The notes under the pieces are model-generated. The model did no database searches and had not been told where the DNA came from. It was given only the letters and a program-made list of their open reading frames with translations. A stretch of DNA of 64,000 nucleotides from Epiperipatus broadwayi. Its lineage: Eukaryota; Animalia; Onychophora. A program made the position numbers and the translations under genes. Positions 1 to 10,429 of this stretch are shown piece by piece (within the stretch, counting starts at the first letter, position 1; every line of letters begins with the position of its first letter). The stretch is from positions 14,942,001 through 15,006,000 of the forward strand of contig JAQFVV010000003.1 in NCBI GenBank assembly GCA_028023455.1, in the 5' to 3' direction.

Positions 1-1195
1 TAATAATTAAGAAAATGTTGAAACATTTAACAGCAGAACAGGTTTAATTTATAATTAAAAAAATTATTTAAAATTAAGCACTTTTAATACTGAATAGTAT
101 CGTAATCATAGCATTAAATAAATAACAGCAGTTGAGAGTTGGATTTAAAGTTATTTTGAATATTATACAATAAATTATCATAAAATTGAATTTTTAGGAA
201 AAGATTTACATGCCAATAATGAAAAATGATAGCTACAAGTGCCTTTTTTTTTTTTTTTTAGAAAGAAAGGTGCTAGTCTTTTTTTTTTTTTTTATTAATG
301 GTGTGAATATCTTTAGCTATTGACCATGCCTCCTTTAACTTCCTCTTTCTATTATCTCTCTCAGAGCAAATGATGTCAGCTGTCAGAGATCAAAGTTGTG
401 GCCTGATTGCATCTCATAATCCAAGAAAATAGAAAAGTGTTTACTACTTATTTTAGACTGGTTGTGTAGGTAACTATACTGAGCAAGTCTTGTGGAGTTA
501 GATCTCATTTCCCCATAGTAAGCCTTTAAGCAATTAGATCTTTTGCATTTAATTTTGTATACAATTTGATGTAAAGCATCTCTCGTTATTTTATTTTTCA
601 AATTATTTAATAACTTATTTAAAAATAGAGGTGAGTGAAAGCTGATATTATATTTGTCAGTATAAATATTTTTTAAATGTGCAACTTTAGTAACATAAGA
701 GAGACTAGATTTTTGACTTCAGATTGGATGTTTATAGGGTGCAATATTTTGTCATAAAAATTCATGCTAACTGAATTTATTTTTTTAGAATTGTACCCTA
801 TGTTGACTAAATCTTTTGTATATAGTTCTATATATTTTTTGCCAATCTGCTTCAAATTTGCACAGCTTTGAGTTTCTATGAAGAGAACCTTTCAAACCTA
901 TGAATTTATGAGAGAAGAAAGTATTAAACTTAGGGTGTATGGTGTCTTTTACATTTAAGAGTTTTAAAACCATACTATAATCTAAACTTTTCTGTCTAAT
1001 AATATCTAAGTCAAAAAATCTTATATTGTAAAGGAGCGCATCTTTCTTCTCAACAGTCCAAATTAGAGAGGTCGTAGGTGCTAACTCAAGGTGAATTTTA
1101 TTAACAGTTTTTTCATTTGCACATACTAAAGTATCATTCATATAATTTTTTAATTATCTGGAGCATAAAAATGTTTTAGACAGACACTCAAACTT
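1..1195 (-). mobile_element. Penelope-like retroelement, 5'-truncated and decayed (RT C-terminus + GIY-YIG endonuclease); left arm of a head-to-head pair
   Basis: Minus ORFs 785-1141 (RT C-terminal: NKIHLEL...IRFFDLDIIRQ) and 383-601 (QIVYKIKCKRSNCLKAYYGEM...TRLAQY, GIY-YIG type). Reverse complement aligns by eye to about 1350-2484. Confidence 0.85.
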
Positions 1196-1199
1196 TAGA

Positions 1200-2484
1200 A
1201 TAATTAAATTCTCAAACTTGGACAAATACAGACTAACTAAAGCTAACTCAACTAAAAGGAAATCCCATTATCCAGTCATAATTCATTTTATATGTTTTGT
1301 AATTTATTGATGCAAATAATTCATCACTAATCCAATTTAATGTATCTATAATAAAGTCTGACTAAAACATTTTTGTACATCAGATACATGGATAATACTT
1401 TAATATGTGCAAATGAATAAACTATTAATAAAATTCATCTTGAGTTAGCATCTAAGATCTCTCTAATTTGAGCTATTGAGAGGGGAGATGAGCTTCTTCA
1501 CAATATAAAATTTTTAGACTTAGATATCATTAGACAAAATAATGTTTTAGATTATAGTAAGATTTCAAAATCATTAAATGTAAGAGGCACCATACACCTT
1601 AAGTCTAATACTTTTTTTCTCATAAATGCATAGATCTGAAAGGTTTTCTCCATAGAAACTCAAAGCTTTGCGAATTGAAACATAGAACTATATATAAAAG
1701 ATTTAATCAACATAGCATACAATTTTTAAAAAATAATTCAATTATCACTAATTTTTATAATAAAATCTTGCATCCTACAAACATCCAATCTGAAGATAAA
1801 AAATTGTTTAGTCTCTCATGTTTTTAAAGTTGCAGATAGATTAAAAAATATTTGTACTGACAAATACAATATTAGTTTTTGCTTGCCCCTGTCTTTAACT
1901 AATTTTATTAAATAATATGAAAAATAAAATAACTAAAAAGACTTCACATCAAATTGTGTACAAAATTAATTGCAAAAAATGTAATTGCTTAAAGACTTAT
2001 TATGGAGAAATGTGTGCTAGTTTATCTACAAGACTTGTTCAGCATAATTATTTATACAACAGGGCTAAGAAAAGCAGTGAAAACTCTTTCATTTTCTTGG
2101 ATCATGAATTGCAGACAGGCCACAACTTTGATCTCCACACAGCTGGTATCATTTTCTCTGAGAGAGATAATAGAAAGAGAAAGGTGAAGGAGGCATGGAT
2201 AATAGCTAAATATATTGTCATCATTAATAAAAGTGACTTCTTTCTAAAAAAATGGTACTTGTAGATCATTGGTATGTAAATCTACTCCCAAAAATTCAAT
2301 TGTATGATAATTTATTCTATAATATTCAAAATAACTTTAAATCCAGATCTCAACTGCTTTTATTCATTTAATGCAATGATTATGATACTATTTAGTATTG
2401 AAAGTGCTCACCTTTAAATACATTTCTTTATTATAAATCAAACCTGCTCTGGGGTTAAATATTTCAACAGCTCCTTAAGTATTA
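1200..2484 (+). mobile_element. Penelope-like retroelement, 5'-truncated and decayed; right arm of the pair
   Basis: Degenerate RT motifs: KGNP.S near 1255-1275 and RYMDNTLI (YxDD equivalent) near 1382-1405. Followed by GIY-YIG ORF 1917-2264 and a 3' non-coding tail. Confidence 0.85.
1917..2264 (+). pseudogene. GIY-YIG endonuclease domain of a Penelope-like element
   Basis: IVYKINCKKCNCLKTYYGEM.ASLSTRLVQH...ERDNRKRKVKEAWII matches the PLE pattern VY.I.C..C...Y.G.T.R.L..R..EH...R..KE..I. Confidence 0.85.
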
Positions 2485-5400
2485 CAGTTAGTACAGAAAA
2501 GGATGTTATAAAATTCTTTAGAATTAATAATAGTTGCTGAATTATGTTTTCTTAACGTTTTGATTGCTGTAGCAATTGAATATTTTGTCACATGATTAGG
2601 CCAGCAAATTTATATATATATATTTTCATTGATATATTTGCTAATTACTAATCTTTGTTAAATATAGTTTTTGAAATTTTGATTTTTTTTTATTGCACTT
2701 AGTTATATAAAATTTATGTGTTTATTTTTTAATTTTTGATAAAAATTGCAATTTATTGACTAAATTGGATAAAATAACTGGAACTTTTTGCATCAACGGC
2801 GGGAATGGGGTATTATCTGATAAGAATACTAAATAATGTTATACAAGCTTAAATAAAGTGAATATAGAAAAAATAATTGCTGTTTAAAATTTTTTAAATC
2901 ATTAAAAAAATCACTATGTACTTCAGTTTATTGGATGTGATGATACTGTGAAGTTTAATATTGTAATAGAGAGATAGATTTTATTCACATTATAAAGGTT
3001 ACCACAAAGACACTTAAAAAGGTGTAATACTGATTGTTTTCAGTGAGAAGATATGGCTGAAAATAAAATGCAATGAAAAACTATGATTAGACATGGCGAT
3101 GAAGACTTTTAAAATAAAAAAGTGCTGCAAAAAAAAAAGTTAAAAGATAATAGCACAGAATAATAGATATTATATATGTGAAGTATTTGGCTTCATGAAT
3201 TGATTTATAAAATCATTGCAAAAATCGAATTTAGATGTTTCTTTTCCTAAAAGTTAAAATGATTATGGCTGATGAAAACGGCGACACTTTAAAAGGAAAA
3301 AAAAACACACAAAAACATAAATATATTACATTGTTTTACAACAGAATGGATATATTTTTATCACTAAATTGATGTACCATTTAGTGTCACTTTTTAAGAT
3401 TGAAAAGTTTAAAATAAATTCTAAAACTATTCAAAAATAAAAATATTTCTTTTCACAAAAAGAATTTATAAAGCCGTAATTAATTTTTAACAAATTTAGA
3501 AATAGTTTTGAAATGTCAATTGACAATTTTTATAATGATGTTTGCAGTAAATTTATGAGCTATTAATTTACTTTAATTCTTAAAAGACAAATATAATTTA
3601 TTTGCTTAATGTTTTATAAAAATAGACAAATTAATGCATGTGTTTTTCTTTTCCTGTTTTCCAAATTCCAAAGATCGTGGTAAATAATTTAAGATGGTAA
3701 AACAAGATTCAGTAATTTCAGTTTAATATAAAAATTTAAAAATATTTTCAATTTAATTTAAAAATGATCTCTTAAACTATTAAACATCTCTATTATACAT
3801 TAGACTTGTATTTCAATATCTTTATTATTTTAAAAAAAAACTTCAATGCTTTTACAATCTGCATGGATTAATGCAATTGTAAAGCGGCTGACTGTGGAGC
3901 TCAAGATGGTGCTTAGACTTTTTGTGAACTTTTGAGCAAGAATGCATTTGATTATTTTATTTTTATGACGGAAATTGTATTCAGCTGAGAATCCGTTCTA
4001 GAATTTTTAGCTCTGAATTCATTACTCTAATTGGTGTTAAATTGCACAAGCCATTGTTAATGTATGAAAATATTTAAAGTTTAATAATAATAATAATTAT
4101 TTAGTTAATTTCTTGGGAGGTTAAATGTCATCAAGCCCCATCTTGAGTCATAAGTTGAGCACAATAATTTATTTCTTGACCAAACTGATTTTTTTTCATT
4201 TTAGTCAGCCAAAAATTGATCTAGAAATTTATAACCGCATTCACGTAAGGCAATAATAAATATAGTTGCTTTATTGAGGAATTGAGCCTCCAAGTGGTAG
4301 ATTGGTTTGACTGTACTGATTTTTTTTACTTCAGTCAGCTGATAATCTGTTCAAGAACTTCCCCGTTCTCATTTTTATCATCATTATTAGTAACCATAAA
4401 TAAATAAATATATTCATTCTAATCCTAGAAAAAAAAAAACAATAACAAAAAATAAAAAAGAATAAAAATTAAAACTGAATGTTGAAATGGTTATATAAAA
4501 AATCGTATCTGATTCTGAAAGCTATTTCATTTGACATTTTGTAATGACAACCTTTAATTTCTGCAGCATACGTCTTTTTTTTTTTTAAAAAACAACAACT
4601 TCATAATATTTCCTAATTGTAAATGTCCATGGTATTTTATTTTCATTTAAATTTTCTCAGTAAAAGTAATCAACATTACAATTTTAGGGTGCTTTTGTGA
4701 TAATCTTTATAATATATAGTTCTCCCCACAGAAACCATGCTTATATTCTATATGACTATTTATTTACTCCACATACCTAATCCAATAAAAATACGTATTT
4801 CCAATAGTAATCATACAGGGTCACATAAAAAAAAATTATACAACATAGCAGTTGGTTTTATGATATTGTCATTATATTTTAAGAACTTTATAAAACATTT
4901 TTAAATGAAATTTTTCTAATATTTTAATTGTATGTTGATAGAACGTTAATGCATTTTTGCCTATATTATAAATTTGGCAAAATAACATGCGATAATTATG
5001 TCACTATGGTGATAAATCTTATCTTTTAACTTGTTAAATGCAGAAGCAATAAGTTAGTGTCTAGGTTATATTGTAACCCATTTTTCTATCCAAAATGCAA
5101 TCAAGTGATTTAAATTGATTCACACTCTCAAGATGATAACCTTTCAAGCTAAACGTTATTGAAAATATTTTTTTCATATATTGATAATAAAAAAACTAAG
5201 TTTTTTGAATAGCTTTCACTAAATCAAAGCTTTTATAAGATGCATTGAATATTCTAGAATTATTCTGCAATTATTTTTTGAATTGAAAAGAATAACATAG
5301 TCATCAGTATATTGTAAATCTAAAAGAAAAAAAGATATATTTTTATTATCAATTTTAATCACATTTGTATTGTAGACTGATATCTTTTTAATGAAGCTGC

Positions 5401-6596
5401 TTATAAATTGTTCCCAAAGCTTCCTGTCCTATGCATCCACAAGTAACACTAGTTTTTACTTCAAATACCTCATATTCTTTAGCAAGAATAGTAACTTTTT
5501 TCTTATTTCATTATGCAGAAGCTACATATTATGAATAAACTTTAATGGATAATCACCAGTGTCCCTACATTATTACAAAGCTCAGATAATTTTAACAAAT
5601 GGCTTGAATAAATCAATAAAGATACACATAACCTTTAGATTTGCTCATGACATTTTTCTATATCTGTTCACTATCAAATCCATGGTTATGGTATTTTTAA
5701 TTTTTTAAAATAGAAATGAGAATCTAGGAATCATTTATTTATAAATGGAAATAATCTATTCAATAAAATCCTCATGATTGTGTTGAATAGATTGTTTCCA
5801 AATACAAATGAATAATTTCTTGAGGCTCATTTCTGTGGTAATGAAAAACAATTATACTCCATGATAATTATTTTAATTTTTCAATATTTTATATGATTAC
5901 AAATTGAAACTATCAAAGCATCCTTAAAATCAGTTATACATCTTTATAGAATTATATATTTTTTAAAAAATAACAATAGCTTGAAGCTAACATATCACAT
6001 ACATTTTAAAACTTTACTAGGTATTTCATTTCAAAGTATTATTTAATTTTATTAAGTAGATGTTTTTGTTCAAATCTGAATAAATATATAGAAAGAACAT
6101 ACCATTAATAACTACCATCTTAATTATTATATCAGTATTTAAAGACTGATCAAAATACTCTCTATATTGATTTGAAATAGTATCATTATTTTAAAAACAC
6201 ATTACTAGCATAAATTTAATAATATTATGATATCCCTTTTCAGGTCTATATATTAACTCTATTATATCAACAACAATAAAAAGTCATAACAATCAGTAAA
6301 TGTTCATTTCTAACTTTAATGTTTTAATTCACTGTTATTTGCTAAACGTTTGCCTTTAAATTTGTATATTATTTATGAATTTCCATTTCCAAATTATTAT
6401 TCTGCCAAACAAAAAATGCCACATTTTTAAAAATCAAATTACTAAGAATAGAATCATTGTCAGAGAGATACTCAGGATTCTTCTTTTAGAATAAACATTA
6501 ATATTTACAACATATCCCTTTCAAGCTGCCTTCAGTCATACACTCTTATCTCTTACAACTGATACCCATGACCACACACATGTTAAAAATATAAAT

Positions 6597-6651
6597 GATC
6601 TCCAATATATGTATTTTGTGCTGAACTAGCACTCATCAGTTGGTCCAGATC
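6597..6651 (-). ncRNA. Type I hammerhead ribozyme relic, family C (G12 changed to A)
   Basis: Minus strand GATCT-GGA-CCAA CTGATGA GTGCT-AGTTC-AGCAC AAAA T-ACAT-A TA TTGG AGATC. Stems I and II pair fully; GAAA reads AAAA, consistent with CpG decay. Confidence 0.75.
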
Positions 6652-6925
6652 ACCACCTCCCACTCACATATATAATCAATGTTCAGTTTATATTAAGATA
6701 GCAAATCTTCACAATTTAATGGACAAGCTTCAATCTTCTCCACCTTCAAGCTCTTTAGCCTTCCATTCATTGAAAATCTGATGATGGAATGTCCAAATCC
6801 CTTATTAATGTCAATATTATTGTCATGCCCATGTTGGAGTGAATTAAAACCTGTCCATTAAAATATGAAGATTTGCTGTCTTAATATAACATGAGCACTG
6901 ATTATATATTTGTGTGGGAGATGAT

Positions 6926-6979
6926 GACCTGAACTAAATGTGAGGGCTGGTTCAGCATGAAATATGTATATTGGAGATC
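6926..6979 (+). ncRNA. Type I hammerhead ribozyme relic, family C (CUGAUGA decayed)
   Basis: GACCTGAACTAAATGTGA GGGCT-GGTTC-AGCAT GAAA T-ATGT-A TA TTGG AGATC; mirror copy of 6597-6651 with different lesions. Confidence 0.6.
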
Positions 6980-8060
6980 ATTTATTTTTTTCACATGTGT
7001 GTGGTCATGTGTATCAGTTATACGAGACAGAATGTATGGCTAAAGAGAGCTTGAAAGTCTGTGTTCAAATTCCCTATATTTCATCTACACTCCAGATATA
7101 TAAAATATACCTGTATTTACAATATTAACATATTCCTTAAGAAAATTTTATTTTACAGTTATTTGATATCTTGAATAAAACCTACTATTAAAATAACTAT
7201 AATTTTAATTTTGAATATACTACTTTATAATCTTCTTAATGAACCCATCTAAAAGTACTCGTGCAATATATACATTTTAAAATTTTGACTCTTAATTATG
7301 CTATAATCCATTAGACGCTATTGTTTTAATTGTGAATACATCCAAGTTTTATTATTGTAAATTTTTATTATTTAACAATGGTTAGTACAAATATAGACTT
7401 AAGGCTATACAAAATTTTAACAAGCATTTGGGTTCACAGCATCAATGCCATTATTTATCATAAAATTGTATCATAGGTTTATTGTTCTAGTAATATGCAC
7501 ATCACAGTGTTAAAATAACATCAATATTTTTATTGGTATTCAGTAAAAAAATAAAGATGAATGATCTGTTGCTTAATAGACATATGGCATTCAAAAACCT
7601 AAAGAACATGTTGATTTAGACCAGTGATCTTCAACCCTTGGTCTGCGGACTGGTGCCAGGCGACAGAACTTTTCTGCTGGTCTGTGTGCTAGATTGGCAA
7701 GAAAGTTTGTAATAACAAAATAATAAGAATTTAAACTTTTAATTAATATAAACAATTTTTATTTATTTTTTCATCTCATTTTTACCCAATTAAAAAAAAA
7801 AAAACAGAACGAAAACAAAATATAATCAATCATACATAAATTGATTTGTTTTTCTAGTTATCACACATATTTTTTTGGGGGGAGGGGGGCAGAATTAAAT
7901 TTTTTATTACTTTTTTAAAAAAATTCAAAATTAAAAAATAACAGTTTTTTATTATACAAACTCCATATATATATATGTCAACAGATGGCGTTCTACCAAA
8001 AACACTGTCAAGCGGTTGTTTACATAAACGTCAGAGCATGCATTCATTATCTCTAACTTT

Positions 8061-8120
8061 AATTCCACTTTCAGATCATGATTTCAAGCTATTTGCTATC
8101 GTCAGTGAAAGACAGGAATT
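8061..8120 (-). ncRNA. Type I hammerhead ribozyme, family A, unit 1 (core intact)
   Basis: Minus strand AATTCC-TGT-CTTTCA CTGACGA T-AGC-AAATA-GCT-T GAAA T-CATG-A TC TGAAAG-T-GGAATT. Predicted cleavage after AUC, between 8074 and 8073. Confidence 0.85.
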
Positions 8121-8460
8121 TTAGAAACTAGATCTAAACACAAACTCTGAGCGTTTATGAAACAGTTTCTATTCAGCTTGCAAGCATGAATCTTTTAGAC
8201 ACGTAATGTCTTCAAACTCAGCATAGCAAGCCAGATAGCTACATGGGTCTGATCTCAGTTCAGCATCACCACATAGTAGAAGCCTCTGCAATATATATCA
8301 TTGCTAGAAAGATCTCAAAGGTACATTTATGAAAAACAAAAAAACAAGTTAAAAACTTGCTAACGCTTGTATTTATGTCAACAGATGGCGTTCTACCAAA
8401 AACACCATCAAGCATTTGTTTACATAAACGTCAGAGCATGCATTCATTATCTCTAACTTT

Positions 8461-8520
8461 AATTCCACTTTCAGATCATGATTTGAAGCTATTTGCTATC
8501 ATCAGTGAAAGACAGGAATT
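8461..8520 (-). ncRNA. Type I hammerhead ribozyme, family A, unit 2 (G12C lesion, CAAA)
   Basis: Same fold as unit 1, but the plus strand reads ATTTGAAGC instead of ATTTCAAGC, so GAAA becomes CAAA. Confidence 0.8.
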
Positions 8521-8859
8521 TTAGAAACTAGATCTAAACACAAACTCTGAGCGTTTATAAAACAGTTTCTATTCAGCTTGCAAGCATGAATCTTTTAGAC
8601 ACGTAATGTCTTTAAACTCAGCATAGCAAGCCAGATAGCTACATGGGTCTGATCTCAGTTCAGCATCACCACATAGTAGAAGCCTCTGCAATATATATCA
8701 TTGCTAGAAAGACTTCAAAGGTACATTTATGAAAAACAAAAAACAAGTTTAAAACTTGCTAACGCTTGTATTTATGTCAACAGATGGCGTTCTACCAAAA
8801 ACACCGTCAAGCGTTTGTTTACATAAACGTCAGAGCATGCATTTATTATCTCTACCTTT

Positions 8860-8919
8860 AATTCCACTTTCAGATCATGATTTCAAGCTATTTGCTATTG
8901 TCAGTGAAAGACAGGAATT
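8860..8919 (-). ncRNA. Type I hammerhead ribozyme, family A, unit 3 (G8A lesion, CUGACAA)
   Basis: Same fold; the plus strand reads TATTGTCAG, giving CTGACAA on the minus strand. Confidence 0.8.
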
Positions 8920-9153
8920 TTAGAAACTAGATCTAAACACAAACTCTGAGCGTTTATGAAACAGTTTCTATTCAGCTTGCAAGCGTGAATCTTTTAGACA
9001 CATAATGTCTTCAAACTCAGCATAGCAAGCCAGATAGCTACATGGGTCTGATCTTAGTTCAGCATCACCACATAGTAGAAGCCTCTGCAATACATATCAT
9101 TGCTAGAAAGACCTCAAAGGTACATTTATGAAAAACAAAAAACAAGTTTTTAA

Positions 9154-9213
9154 AATTCCTTTCTTTCACTGATGATAGCAAATAGCTTGAAATCATGATC
9201 TGAAAGTGGAATT
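9154..9213 (+). ncRNA. Type I hammerhead ribozyme, family A, first inverted unit (core intact)
   Basis: AATTCC-TTT-CTTTCA CTGATGA TAGCAAATAGCTT GAAA TCATGA TC TGAAAG-T-GGAATT. Predicted cleavage between 9200 and 9201. Confidence 0.87.
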
Positions 9214-9552
9214 AAAGTTAGAGATAATGAATTCATGCTCTGACATTTATGTAAACAAACGCTTGACGGTGTTTTTGGTAGAACGCCATCTGTTGACATA
9301 AATGCAAGCATTAGCAAGTTTTTAACTTGTTTTTTGTTTTTCATAAATGTACCTTTTAGGTCTTTCTAGCAATGATATATATTGCAGAGGCTTCTACTAT
9401 GTGGTGATGCTGAACTGAGATCAGACCCATGTAGCTATCTGGCTTGCTGTGCTGAGTTTGAAGACATTACGTGTCTAAAAGATTCACGCTTGCAAGCTGA
9501 ATAGAAACTGTTTCATAAATGCTCAGAGTTTGTGTTTAGATCTAGTTTCTAA

Positions 9553-9612
9553 AATTCCTGTCTTTCACTGACGATAGAAAATAGCTTGAAATCATGATCT
9601 GAAAATGGAATT
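9553..9612 (+). ncRNA. Type I hammerhead ribozyme, family A, second inverted unit (core intact, stems weakened)
   Basis: CTGACGA TAGAAAATAGCTT GAAA TCATGATC TGAAAAT GGAATT; one mismatch in stem II and one in stem I. Confidence 0.75.
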
Positions 9613-10429
9613 AAACTTAGAGATAATGAATGCATGCTCTGACGTTTATGTAAACAAACGCTTGATGGTGTTTTTGGTAGAACGCCATCTGTTGACATAA
9701 ATACAAGTGTTAGCAAGTTTTTAACTTGGTTTTTTGTTTTTCATATATATATATCTTCATCTTGTATATTTAACATTGTTGTTTTGATCAGTTATAACAA
9801 TTATGCTCATCTAAGGCTAAGCAGTTTACATCCTTAAGAAAATTTATCTATAGACTTTTGCTGGTCCGCAAAACCTTATCCTCATTTTTACCAGTCTGCA
9901 GGTGTAAAAAGGTTGAAGACCACTGATTTAGACTATAAATCTTTAATTCTTCAACTTCATCTTTTACAGCTGCAGTTATTTTAATGACATTAATCTAACA
10001 AGATTCTTTTTAAAAGATAGTTTTTATCATTCTAAACTTTTGTAGTCTAATACTAAAGAAAAATTATTGATAAAATGAACAAATACCTTTGTATTACATT
10101 CACACATTTCAAAATTTCAAGAATAAAAACTAACAAATGTGGCCTTATATTAAATTTATAACATCAAAAGTTTTCTTTTTTTCAATGATCTCAAGAAAAC
10201 TTATAATTATCTAATAAGATCATTTGATTTTTTTTCTAAAAGATGAGTTTAATTAATAATAGCAATAACAATCTTAAATATTAACGGCATTTGAAGAATT
10301 CACATCAAACCAAGTTTGCAGATTAGTTGTATCTATATTTAGAAAAAAAAGTGCTTACCACTATTGATTTTATAATTATTCTTATTACTTTAATTTAGTG
10401 ATCCTACAGACATGGCAGCCTAGCTTGAT

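Larger units (their letters stand above)
6518..7057. mobile_element. Fold-back element (family C), ~210-bp inverted arms, each with a decayed HHR
   Basis: 6518-6727 is the reverse complement of about 6850-7057. The inner segment is a 5' extension of the left arm and resembles the copy at ~52.3-52.4 kb. Confidence 0.8.
7977..9744. mobile_element. Retrozyme-like array (family A): ~399-400-bp units, about 3 in one orientation then about 1.5 inverted, one type I HHR per unit
   Basis: Unit starts at 7977, 8377 and 8776; inversion at ~9150; inverted units 9151-9297, 9298-9696 and 9697-9744. Units are near-identical, retain CpGs and are flanked by (AT)n on both sides. Confidence 0.9.
7622..9925. 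mobile_element. Non-autonomous hAT (Charlie-like) element carrying a nested ~1.77-kb array
   Basis: 15-bp TIRs CAGTGATCTTCAACC (7622) and GGTTGAAGACCACTG (ends 9925), 1 mismatch. Perfect 8-bp TSD ATTTAGAC at 7614-7621 and 9926-9933, with the central TA typical of Charlie targets. Confidence 0.9.

Noticed and set aside
1-40. (C/A)TTAAG(A/G)A...GTTGAAA(C/T)ATTT antisense to the PLE tail (also ~2455-2485) as a possible minimal hammerhead
   Set aside because: No CTGA in either copy, essentially no stem II, and the left copy is cut by the window edge.
9150-9344. ORFs 9150-9344 (-) and 41686-41916 (+) with similar peptides, suggesting a small gene family
   Set aside because: Both are translations of the family A repeat antisense to the hammerhead; the frame is not kept open in the other units.
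7977-9744. Array as a CRISPR array, satellite DNA or Helitron tandem
   Set aside because: No repeat-spacer structure; no Helitron 5'-TC or 3'-CTRR hairpin ends seen. The per-unit hammerhead and dispersed truncated copy fit a retrozyme better.
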